Positions 39,441 to 50,000 of a stretch of 64,000 nucleotides of DNA are shown here, piece by piece; the first letter of the stretch is position 1, and every line of letters begins with the position of its first letter. This DNA is from an uncultured Chloroflexia bacterium (GTDB taxonomy: Bacteria; Chloroflexota; Anaerolineae; CG2-30-64-16), in assembly GCA_963810095.1 (NCBI GenBank), contig CAWEMM010000011.1:32001-96000 (forward strand). Direction: 5' to 3'. The notes below the pieces were generated by a model. The model was not told where the DNA came from. It ran no database searches and saw only the letters and a program-made list of their open reading frames with translations. The position numbers and the translations under genes are program-made.

Positions 39441-40519
39441 ATGGAAGCTCAGAACGACAGATTCCTGCGCGCATGCCGTCGCGAAGCCGTGGACGCGACG
39501 CCCGTCTGGCTCATGCGGCAGGCCGGCCGCTACATGCCGGAATACCGTGCGCTGCGCGAACACCACCCGTTCCTAGAGATGGTGAAGACGCCCGAACTGG
39601 CCTGCCAGGTCACGATGCAGCCCATCAATGCGTTCGCACTCGACGCGGCGATCATCTTCGCGGACATCCTGCCGCCCCTCGAGGGCATGGGCTTGCAGCT
39701 TTCGTTTGCCGCGGGCGATGGTCCGGTCATTCACAACCCCGTACGGAGCGCGGCAGATGTCGATGCGCTGGTCGTCCGGTCGCCCGAAGAAGCCCTTGGC
39801 TTCACCCTTGAAGCGATCCGGCTCGCCCGTAAGGAGCTGGCGGACCGTGTGCCGCTCATCGGGTTCAGCGGCGCGCCGTTCACGCTGGCCGCGTATGCCA
39901 TCGAGGGCGGCGGCAGCGCCAACCATGCGATTGCCAAGACTTTCATGCTGGCGCAGCCCGCAGCGTGGCATCGCCTGATGGAAAAGCTGAGCCGGGTGGT
40001 GGGCGAATACCTGCTGGCCCAAGCGGCGGCAGGCGCGCAAGCGCTGCAGCTGTTCGACAGTTGGGTGGGGCAGTTGAGCCCGGTCGACTACCGCGAATAC
40101 GTCTTGCCCTACTCTCGCCGCAGCATCGAGATCGCTCGAGGGGCCGGCGTGCCCATCATCCATTTCGGCACGAACACCGGAGGCATGCTCGGTCTGATTG
40201 CCGAGGCCGGCGGCGACGTGATCGGCGTGGACTGGCGGCTGGCGCTCGACGAAGCCTGGCGTAAGCTGGGCCGGGCGTTGCCGTGCAGGGCAATCTTGAC
40301 CCGGTCGCGCTGCTCGCGCCTTGGGAACAGCTTGAGAAGGCTGCGGACCGGGTTCTCCGAGCGGCCGCAGCGACGGGTTGGCCCGGCCACATCTTCAACC
40401 TCGGCCACGGCATTTTGCAGGGGACGCCCGTCGACAACGTGGCCCGCCTCGTCGATTTCGTACATGAACAGACCAACAAACCAGGATTCCTCGGGAAACC
40501 TGGTTTGTCCGCAGCGTAG
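39441..40519 (+). CDS. hemE: Uroporphyrinogen decarboxylase (frameshift near 40275)
   Basis: [15 protein letters not shown]; IFADIL; QLFDSW; QGNLDP; IFNLGHGI. Confidence 0.95.
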
Positions 40520-40540
40520 CGTGGAGGAGCGGGACTACAT

Positions 40541-41848
40541 ATGAACACGACGATTTCCGAAGAACTCTTCGAGCGCGCCCGGCAGGTGATCCCGGGCGGC
40601 GTCAACAGCCCGGTGCGCACGTTTCGCGGTGTCGGGGGCACGCCGCGCTTTATCGAGCGGGGTGCGGGCGCATGCGTGTGGGACGCGGACGGCAACCGCT
40701 ACATCGACTACGTACTGTCGTGGGGCCCGCTCACGCTCGGCCACGCGCACCCGCAGGTCGTGGATGCCCTGCAGGACGCTGCCGCTCGGGGTACGAGCTA
40801 CGGCGCGCCAACCCGCCTCGAGACAGAGCTGGCCGAGCTGGTCATCAGCCTGGTCCCCTCCATCGATATGATCCGCTTCGTCAATAGCGGCACGGAAGCG
40901 ACCATGTCAGCCCTGCGGTTGGCGCGGGCATACACCGGTCGGAACAAGATCGTGAAGTTCACCGGCTGCTACCACGGCCACGCGGACCTGCTGCTCGTGC
41001 AAGCAGGCAGCGGCGTTGCGACGCTGGGCCTGCCCGACTCGCCCGGCGTACCGGCAGACACGGTCGCCGACACGCTCGTCGTGCCGTACAACGACCTGGA
41101 TGCCGTCGAATCGCTGTTCGCCCGGCACGGGGATGCGATTGCCGGCGTTATCGTGGAGCCGATCGCGGCGAACATGGGCTTCGTCCTGCCGCGGCCGGGC
41201 TTCCTCAGGGGCCTGCAGGCGCTGTGCCGCCGCCACGGGAGCCTGCTCATCCTCGACGAGGTGATGACCGGCTTCCGCGTCGCACTCGGCGGCGCGCAGG
41301 CGGCCTGGGAGCTCGACCCGGACCTGACGTGCCTGGGCAAGGTGATCGGCGGCGGGCTGCCCGTCGGCGCGTATGCGGGCAAGCGTGAGATCATGCAGCG
41401 GGTAGCGCCCGCCGGCCCGATGTACCAGGCGGGCACCCTCTCGGGCAACCCGCTGGCCATGACCGCTGGCCTCGCGACCCTCCGCGTGCTGTCCGAGCCG
41501 GGCGTCTTCGAGGCCATCGCGCTGGCGACCCAGGAACTGGTGTCCGGGATCAGGTCGGCCGCGGCTGAGTGCGGCGTGCCGCTGCAACTGGGCTCCGCCG
41601 GCAGCATGTTCGGCTTCTATTTCCTCAAGGAGCATGGCGCGGCCATCACCGATTGGGCGAGCGCGAAGCAGTATGCGGACACCGCCCGGTACGGCCGTTT
41701 CTTCCATGCGATGCTCGAGCGCGGCGTGTACTTCGCGCCCAGCCAGTTCGAGGCCGCGTTTATGAGTACGGCTCACGGCCCGGAAGAAATCGACGAGACA
41801 CTCTCTGCGGTGCGTGAGGTCATGGCGGAATTGAGACAATCCGAATGA
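40541..41848 (+). CDS. hemL: Glutamate-1-semialdehyde 2,1-aminomutase
   Basis: PGGVNSPVR; [10 protein letters not shown]; DEVMTGFR; GKVIGGGLP; [10 protein letters not shown]. Confidence 0.97.
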   Translation: MNTTISEELFERARQVIPGGVNSPVRTFRGVGGTPRFIERGAGACVWDADGNRYIDYVLSWGPLTLGHAHPQVVDALQDAAARGTSYGAPTRLETELAELVISLVPSIDMIRFVNSGTEATMSALRLARAYTGRNKIVKFTGCYHGHADLLLVQAGSGVATLGLPDSPGVPADTVADTLVVPYNDLDAVESLFARHGDAIAGVIVEPIAANMGFVLPRPGFLRGLQALCRRHGSLLILDEVMTGFRVALGGAQAAWELDPDLTCLGKVIGGGLPVGAYAGKREIMQRVAPAGPMYQAGTLSGNPLAMTAGLATLRVLSEPGVFEAIALATQELVSGIRSAAAECGVPLQLGSAGSMFGFYFLKEHGAAITDWASAKQYADTARYGRFFHAMLERGVYFAPSQFEAAFMSTAHGPEEIDETLSAVREVMAELRQSE

Positions 41849-43338
41849 ACGGCAGCAGGGACACAAGCCACGTCATCGTCGTCGGCGGCGGCATCGCCGG
41901 CCTGAGCACGGCGTGGTATCTATTGAAGGAAGCGCAGTCCGCGGGCCGGCAGCTGTTCGTGACGGTGCTGGAGGCACAGGATCGCTGGGGCGGCAAGGTG
42001 CTCACCGAAACGGTCGAGAGCGAAGCCGGAGCTTTCACAGTCGAAGGCGGCCCCGACTCGTACCTCACTCAGAAGCCGTGGGCGGGCCAGCTGGCACGCG
42101 AGGTTGGCATCGGCGAGCGGATCGTTGGCACCAACGACGCAAGCCGGAAGGTCTATGTCGTCAATCGCGGCCGGCCGACGCCGCTGCCCGATGGCGTGCT
42201 CTTGATCGTGCCGACCAAGTTCATGCCGTTCGCGCTCTCGCCCCTCATTTCACCGCTGGGCAAGCTCCGCATGGGCCTGGACCTCGTCATTCCCGCCAAG
42301 CGCGACGGGCAGGACGAGACGCTGGCCGAGTTCGTGACGCGGCGCCTGGGCCGCGAGGCGCTGGACAAGATCGCCGAACCGCTGATGTCCGGCATCTACA
42401 ACGCCGAAGCGGACAAGCAGAGCGTGCTGGCCACGTTCCCACGCTTCCGCGCCATGGAAGAGCAGTACGGGAGCCTGACGCGGGGCATCCTCGCGTCGCG
42501 GCGCAACGGCCACTCGCCAAAGCCCGGGCAGGCCGGCGCCTCTGCAAGCGCCGCGCCGGCCAGGAAGCCATCCGCGTTTCAGTCGTTTGCCGGCGGGACC
42601 CAGGAGCTAACGGACGCGACCGTCGCAGCACTCGGTGCCCGGCCGGGCGAGGTGGAGCTGCGAACGGGGACGCGCGTCGTGGGCATCGAGCGCGGGGAGA
42701 AGTGGACGGTGAGGCTGGCAGACGGCGAACAGCTGGCGGCTGACGCGCTCGTCCTGGCCTGCCCGGCGTTTGCGGCGGCCGAGCTGGTGCGACCACACTC
42801 GGCGGAAGTGGCCGCAAAGCTGGCCGCGATCCGCTACGTGGGCACGGGCACCGTCTCGCTCGCCTACCGGGCAGAGGACATTGCGCGGGCCAAGGCCGGC
42901 GGCTTTGGCCTGGTGGTGCCAATGAGCGAGAAGCGGCCGATCAACGCCGTCACCTTCAGCTCCATCAAGTTCGACCACCGCGCACCCGCGGCTGCGTGCT
43001 CTTGCGGGCGTTCTTTGGCGGCTCGCGCAGCCCCAAGTCGATGGCGCTCGACGATGCGGCGCTCCTTGCTACCGTGCGCCGCGAGTTGTCCGACCTGCTC
43101 GGTATTGACGGCGAGCCGCTGATGCACCGCATCTACCGCTGGCCCCGCTCGAACCCACAGTACGACGTGGGCCATCTGGTGCGGGTTGGCGAGATCGAAG
43201 CGTAGCCTGCCCGCGGGCCTCTTCGTGACCGGCAGCCCGTATAAGGGTGTCGGCCTGCCGGACTGCGTCAAGCAGGCCCAGGAGACTGCGAGCCAGGTCG
43301 TGTCCTCACTCCAAGCACAGCCGGCAGCGCAAGCGTGA
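41845..43338 (+). CDS. hemY: HemY/CgoX-type copro/protoporphyrinogen oxidase (frameshifts near 42990 and 43200)
   Basis: VVGGGIAGL; EGGPDSY; PLMSGIYNA; PQYDVGH; GVGLPDCV. Confidence 0.88.
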
Positions 43339-43423
43339 CACGCGGGCAGCCGAGAATCGCGATCAAAGACACGCCTTTGGCCGTTGCATGAGGCGTCAAG
43401 CCGGTACCACTGACTCGGAGGGG

Positions 43424-44194
43424 CTACTGGGGCTCGAGCAGGAGCTGCGAAAGGTCGCGGGCGCCCTTGGTGGCCTGGCCTTCGAAGTGATTGTTGAAGT
43501 AGACGAGCGTTAGCGGGGCTTCGGCCTCCAGCTTTTCCAGCTTCGGCACCCACTCGCGCAGCTCCGGCTCACTGTACGTGTAGTTGTAGCGCTCCCAGGC
43601 TTCCTCGTGCGCGTACCACTTGGCGTAATTGCGCCCATGGAAGCGCACATAGGCCACGTCGCTGGTGGCCACGGCGATGGGCGGCATCAAGCCCTTCAGG
43701 CGCGGCTCGTCCACACAGCAGTACCCCAGGTTCTCGGCTCGGAGGAGCGCAAACGTTTCGTCGTCGACCCAGCCCGAGTTACGCAGTTCGACCACGACGG
43801 GCAGCTCGCCGAGGCCCGCACGCAGCCGCCGCAGGTAATCTTTGTTCTCGTCTGTCGGATGAAAGGAATACGGGAACTGAGCGAGCACGCAGCCGAGTTG
43901 TCGGGCCTGGACAAGCGGCTCAATCGCGGCCGCAAACCCGGCGAAGTCGTGCGATTCACGCTGGTGCGTGAGTTCGCCGTAGGCTTTGACCGCAAACAGG
44001 AAGTCGTCGGGTGTTTTGTGCACCCAGCCGACGACGGTGCTTGCGGCAGGAATACGGTAGTAGGTGACGTTGATCTCTACGGTAGTGAAGAGAGTTGCGT
44101 AATAGCGCAGATGCTCGCGTGCGGGTAGGCCCTGGGGATAGACCGGGCCGATCCAGTCGTCGTACGAGAATCCCGAAGTCCCGATCCTCAACAT
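43424..44194 (-). CDS. DUF72 domain protein
   Basis: IGTSGFSYDDW; VEINVTYY; QFPYSF; YVRFHGRN; YFNNH. Confidence 0.9.
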   Translation of the reverse strand: MLRIGTSGFSYDDWIGPVYPQGLPAREHLRYYATLFTTVEINVTYYRIPAASTVVGWVHKTPDDFLFAVKAYGELTHQRESHDFAGFAAAIEPLVQARQLGCVLAQFPYSFHPTDENKDYLRRLRAGLGELPVVVELRNSGWVDDETFALLRAENLGYCCVDEPRLKGLMPPIAVATSDVAYVRFHGRNYAKWYAHEEAWERYNYTYSEPELREWVPKLEKLEAEAPLTLVYFNNHFEGQATKGARDLSQLLLEPQ

Positions 44195-44678
44195 GCTGCC
44201 TCACCAAGAAATGCACGTTGACTTGTGTTTGATCGGACGTTCTAAGAATTCTCAAAGTTCCGCCACGGCCGCCTGGTGCCATAATGAGACGTCGCCGAGC
44301 GTGGATGTTACAAGCCATGTTGCCATTAGTAACGGGCATCACAGAATGATTTAGCCACTACCCGCCCGATTTGCGCCCAGAGCCGGCTGGCGTATAATGC
44401 GAACCGATCACTAATCTAGGTATAAACGGAGCTCTCGCAGTTCGGATACGGGCAAGTTGACAGTTGTTCAGGAAGTCCCGACTTGTCCCGAGTGCCAACG
44501 ATCCCCGGCAGTCGAAGTTGCTTGCCACATCGCACCCTCCTCCGATCCGGCTGGGTTCCGACAAAAGAATAGGTCTGCCACGCCGCACTGCCCGCGGTTC
44601 GTGCAGCACGATTTGCGTTAGCCCTTCGTCACACCGCCAGCACCCGGTCCGACGATCCATCGATGATCCGGAGACATC

Positions 44679-46465
44679 ATGAGCCACCCCCATGACCGGT
44701 CCGCAAATCTCGTCGATATCCTGGTCCAGCGCGCCGAGCGTTCCGGTGGGGACCTGGCGTTCCGATTCCTCGCGGATGGCGAGGCGGACGAACAGGAACT
44801 CACCTACGCTGAGGTTGTGGAACGAGCGGGCCGCGTCGCCACAACTTTGCGGGAGGCCGGCTGCGGTGGTGGACGAGCAATCTTGGTGTATCAGCCCGGC
44901 CTCGACTATATCACCGGGTTTCTGGGGTGCCTGATGGCCGGCGTCGCGGCCGTGCCCGCGTATCCGCCCTGATCCGTACCGCATGGAGCGCACCTTCCCG
45001 CGCTTCCAGGCCATCGTCAACGATTCGCTGCCCGCGGCCATCCTCAGCACCTCCATGATCCTCGAACTGGCGGGCGACCTATTCGACGAGTTTCCCGATT
45101 TTGCAGGCATTGCCCGCATCGCGACGGATGCGCTGCCGGCCGACGGTGGTGTTACCTGGCGCCGCCCGGCGATCACCGGGAGCACCGTGGCATTCCTGCA
45201 GTACACCTCAGGCTCGACCGCCGACCCGAAAGGCGTCATGCTGACGCACAACAACCTCATGGCGAACCTCGAGCTGATTCGTCACGTCTTCGCCATCCAT
45301 CCGGGTTCAACCGCCGTCATCTGGCTGCCTCCATACCATGATATGGGCCTGATCGGCGGCATCCTCGAACCGCTCTACTTCGGCATGCCCTGCACGTTGA
45401 TGTCGCCGCTCGACTTCCTGCAGCGGCCCGTCCGCTGGTTGAACGCACTGTCAAGGTACGGTGCGACCATCAGCGGCGGCCCGAACTTCGCCTATGACCT
45501 GGTCGCCCGCAAAGTCACCCCCGAACAGAAGGCCTCGCTCGACCTGAGCCAGTTGGGAAGTCGCCTTCAACGGCGCCGAGCCGGTGCGCAAGGAGACCAT
45601 CGAGCGCTTTTCTGCAGCCTTCGCCGAGTGCGGCTTCCGCAAGGAAGCGTTCTACGCCTGTTACGGACTGGCCGAGGGGACGCTCATTGTCAGCGGCGGC
45701 ACCGCTCTGACGCCGCCGGTCTATACTACCGTGAGCGCGGCTGAGCTGGGAGGAGGGCGGGCTGTTCCAGTCGCCGAAGGAAGCCCCGACGCGCAGGATC
45801 TGGTCGGCTGCGGCAGGACGCTGCCCGACCAGACGATCCTGATCGTCGATCCGGATACTCTCGAGCCCTGTGCTGCGGGCATCGTCGGCGAGATTTGGGT
45901 CTCGGGCGCCAGCGTGGCGAAGGGCTACTGGCAGAAGCCGGAAGAATCCGAGCAAACCTTCTGTGCGGGCATCGCCGGGGACAAAGCGACCTCGCCCCGT
46001 TCCTTTCTCAGGACGGGCGACCTCGGGTTCCTGGACGCGTCAGGCAACCTGTTTGTCGCGGGCCGGATCAAAGACCTGATCATCGTCGACGGCCGCAATC
46101 ACTATCCGCAAGACATCGAGCTGACCGCCGAGAAGTGCCACCCGGCGCTGCGCCCCGGCTGCACGGCCGCGTTCGCAGTGAGCGAAGGCGGCCAGGAGCG
46201 ACTGGTCGTCGTCGCTGAGGTGGGCAAGGGATACCGGCCCGCGCCCGGTGCGGCTCGCCCGGCCGGCGACGGTGGAGACTTGGACCCGGCAGAGGTGGCG
46301 GCGTCCATTCGAAAGGCCGTGGCGGAGGCCCACGACCTGCGCACGCAGGCGATCGTCCTGCTCAAGCCGGGAGCAGCGCCGAAGACGTCGAGCGGAAAAA
46401 TCCAGCGCCGGGCGGCGCGGGCCGCCTATCTCGACGGAACGCTCGACACCTGGGGGGCCCAATGA
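44679..46465 (+). CDS. Fatty acyl-AMP ligase (frameshifts near 44968 and 45550)
   Basis: AFLQYTSGSTADPKGV; WLPPYHDMGLIG; CYGLAEGTL; LRTGDLG; GRNHYPQDIE; PKTSSGKIQR. Confidence 0.92.
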
Positions 46466-46891
46466 ACGCTACACCTGCGACGACGGACGAAATCCGCGCC
46501 TGGCTTGTCGGGCAGATTGCCGCGATCCTGAGCCTGCCGGAAGACGACGTCGACCCGGATGAAACCTTTGACTCGTTCGGCCTGGCCTCGCCGTGACGCG
46601 GTGAGCTTGTCGGGCGACCTGGAAGACTACCTGAGCCGGCGCCTCTCGCCCACCTTGCTCTACCAGTACCCGACCATCAACAAGCTGGCCGAGCACCTGG
46701 CGGCAACGGGGCGGGCACGACCTACACCAAGCGAGCACAGCGCCCCGGCAGCGCAGACAGGCCCAAGCCCGGTGGAACCAACCGAGACACCTGCCGTGGT
46801 CAATTGGCCGGGAGACGACCCGGCGAGCGCGCTGTCGGAGGACGAAGCGGAAGCCGCTTTGCTCCGAAAGTTGCTGGAACTCGGTGAATGA
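46462..46891 (+). CDS. Stand-alone acyl carrier protein with C-terminal docking helix (frameshift near 46590)
   Basis: IRAWLVGQIA...FDSFGLAS(R)DAV...LYQYPTINKLAEHL; tail LSEDEAEAALLRKL. Confidence 0.85.
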
Positions 46892-47043
46892 TGAAACATT
46901 CATCTTCTGGTGCGCGGATATTCACCTCGGTTGCAAGCGCATTTGGTACAATTCGACGATGAGGAAGGTGTGACCCTGCCGGTCTTCCTGCGGAGCGCGG
47001 TACATAGGCCCGCGAGTCGCTCGCTCAAAGGTTAGGCTTCTCT

Positions 47044-50000
47044 ATGGTCGAGTCTGGCAACAAGAATCCACAGCGGCCAACGTCGCGCCGGCCGCAGACA
47101 CCGCGCGGGCCGACTCGGCGACGCTGACGCGCGCCCTGCTTGCGATCGAGAAGCTCCAAGCGCGCCTGGATGCCGCCGAGCGGGAGAAGACGGAACCTAT
47201 CGCCATCGTCGGCATGAGTTGCCGCTTCCCCGGCGCGCCCGACGTCGAGCCTATCTGGGCGCTGCTGCAAAACGGGGTCGATGCGATCGGCGAGGTCCCA
47301 CCCGACCGCTGGGACGTCGACGCGTACTACGATCCCGAGCCCGGCGCACCCGCCCAGATGGTACACGCGCTGGGGCGGCGTTCATCCGGGACGTCGACCG
47401 GTTCGACGCCGCAGTTTTTCGGCATCTCGCCGCGCGAGGCCAGCCGCATGGACCCGCAGCAGCGCTTGCTGCTCGAGTGTGCGTGGGAAGCGCTGGAGCG
47501 GGCGGGGCTGGCGGTAGAGAAGCTGGCGGGCAGCCGGACCGGCGTCTTCGTCGGCATCAGCCAGGTCGACTATAGCCTGATCCAGTTCGAGGATCGCACG
47601 AAGCTCGACGCCTACGCGGGCACGGGCAACGCGCTGTGCATCGCGGCGAACCGCCTCTCCTACCTCTACGATCTTCGCGGGCCCAGCGTGGCGCTGGACA
47701 CGGCTTGCTCCTCCTCTCTGGTCACGACCCACCTGGCCGTCGAAAGCCTGCGGCGCCGCGAGTGCGACCTGGCACTGGCCGGCGGCGTCAACCTGATCCT
47801 CTCCCCCGAGTTGTCGATCACCTTCTCGCACGCGCACATGATGGCTGCCGACGGCCGGTGCAAGACGTTCGACGCGGCGGCCGACGGGTACGTGCGCGGC
47901 GAGGGATGCGGCGTCCTGGTCCTCAAGCGCCTCGGCGACGCCGAGCGTGATGGCGACCGGATCGTCGCCGTGATCCGCGGCAGCGCGGTCAACCAGGACG
48001 GCCGCTCGAACGGGCTCACTGCGCCCAACGGGCTGGCGCAGCAGGCCGTCATCCGCGAGGCGCTCGCCAGGGCACACGCTCGAGCCCGCGACCAGGTGAC
48101 CTATGTGGAGGCGCACGGCACCGGCACGATCCTGGGCGACCCAATCGAGCTCAATTCGCTTGCGGCGGTGATGGGAAGGCCGCGAGCGCAAGTGCCTCGT
48201 CGGCTCAGTCAAGACGAACATCGGCCACCTCGAAGCAGCCGCGGGCGTAGCCGGGCTCATAAAGATCGTGCTGATGCTGCAGCACGCCGAGGTTGCGCCG
48301 CATCTCCATTTCAAGCAGATCAACCCCTACATCCCGATCGACGAAATGCCGCTTGCCATCGCAACCGGGGCCCAACCCTGGCCTGAAGGTGCACCCTACG
48401 TCGCAGGCGTTAGCTCGTTCGGGTTCGGGGGGACGAACGCCCACGTCATCCTGGCAGCCGCGCCGGTTCGTGCCACCGCCACGCCCGCCGAAGCAAACGG
48501 ACCCCTCCCGCAGCCGGAGCGCACGCATCACCTCCTAGCGCTCTCGGGACAAACTCCGGCGGCCTTGAGCGCCCTGGCCGGGGCCTACGCACAGGCGCTG
48601 GAACGCCCGGACGCTCTGGCTGCCCCCGACCTGTGCTACACCGCGAATGCGGCCCGAAATGGGCTGCGCACGCGAACAGCGTTGGTGGCTCGGGATGGCG
48701 CCGAACTCGCGCAGAAGCTGCGTGCATTGGCTGCGGATACCCCACCCGAGATCAGGGCTCGCCGCGGCAAGGTCGCGTTCCTGTTTACGGGCCAGGGCAG
48801 CCAGTATGTCGGCATGGGCCGCAGCCTGTACGAGACCCATCCGGCCTTCCGGGCTGCCATAGACCGGTGCGACGCGCTGCTGGCGCCCGTCCTTCCCCGC
48901 CGCCTGCTCGACGTGCTCTACTTTGGCGACGAAGCGACGCAGGCCCTGCTCCACGAAACGACGTACACGCAGCCGGCCCTGTTTGCCATCGAGTACGCGC
49001 TGGCGCAGCTGTGGCTCTCGTGGGGGGTGCAGCCTCACTACCTCATTGGTCACAGCGTGGGCGAGTACGCGGCTGCCGTCGTCTCCGGCGTCTTCAGCCT
49101 CGAAGACGGCCTGCTGTTGTTGGCGGCGCGCGCCCGGCTGATGGGCCGCCTGCCGCACGACGGCGACATGGCCGCCGTCTTCGCCGATCCGCAGACCGTG
49201 CTTGCGTTGTTAGGCGACCAGGGCGAGGTGGGCTTGGCCGCCATCAACGGGCCAAAGAGCGTCGTCATCTCCGGCAGGCGCGAGGCGATGACCGCCGCGG
49301 TCGCCCGGCTTGAAGCGGCCGGACTCACGGTCCGCCCCATGCAGGTATCGCACGCGTTCCATTCGCCGCTCATGGATCCGATCCTCGACGAGTTCGAGGC
49401 TGCCGCGCGCCGGGTCAGGGCTCGGCCGCCGCAGATTCCCATCCTCTCGAACCTGACCGGGCCCCTTCTGCAGGAGGCGCCCGATGCCGGTTACTGGCGG
49501 CGCCACGTCCGCGAGGCGGTGCAGTTCAATGCAGGCATGCAGGCGCTGGGGCAAGCCGGCTGCCGTGTGTTCGTCGAGATGGGACCGAAGCCAACGTTGA
49601 TCGGGATGGGCAAGCGCGCGCTGCAGGAGGCTCTGCCGGGGCACGCGGCGCTCTGGCTGCCCTCACTCAAGGCGCCGGATGCGGCGGCAGGCGCGGGCAA
49701 ATGGCCGGCCAATGACTGGGCCGTGCTGCTCGAAAGCCTGGGCGAGTACTGGTCGGCCGGCAACGACGTGGACTGGGCCTCCTTCGACGCGCCGTATGGC
49801 AGGCGCCAGGAGTCCTGGCCCCCACCTATCCCTTCCAGCGCGAGCGCTACTGGAACGAGTCGCCGTATGCGGCACTGCGGCGCAAGGGCTGGCTCGGCGG
49901 GGCGATCGATGGCGTCGACCGCGGGGCGGGCTTGGAAGACGCGGCGGGGTTGGAACGCGAAGACGCACAGGAAATCGAAGCGCGCGAAGCACGAAGCCGC

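Noticed and set aside
44970-44972. TGA in the FAAL gene as selenocysteine or stop readthrough
   Set aside because: The downstream coding sequence is in a different frame; removing one C restores YPPDPYRMER.
1493-49900. More than 20 frameshifts (tlpA, DUF1858, Crp/Fnr, carbonic anhydrase, hslO, kinase, LPXTG gene, trpC, FGGY, hemA/C/B/E/Y, FAAL, ACP, PKS) read as mass pseudogenisation or programmed frameshifting
   Set aside because: These are single-base indels in otherwise intact, motif-complete housekeeping genes, with no shared slippery motif. Uncorrected long-read errors are the simplest explanation; read polishing would settle it.
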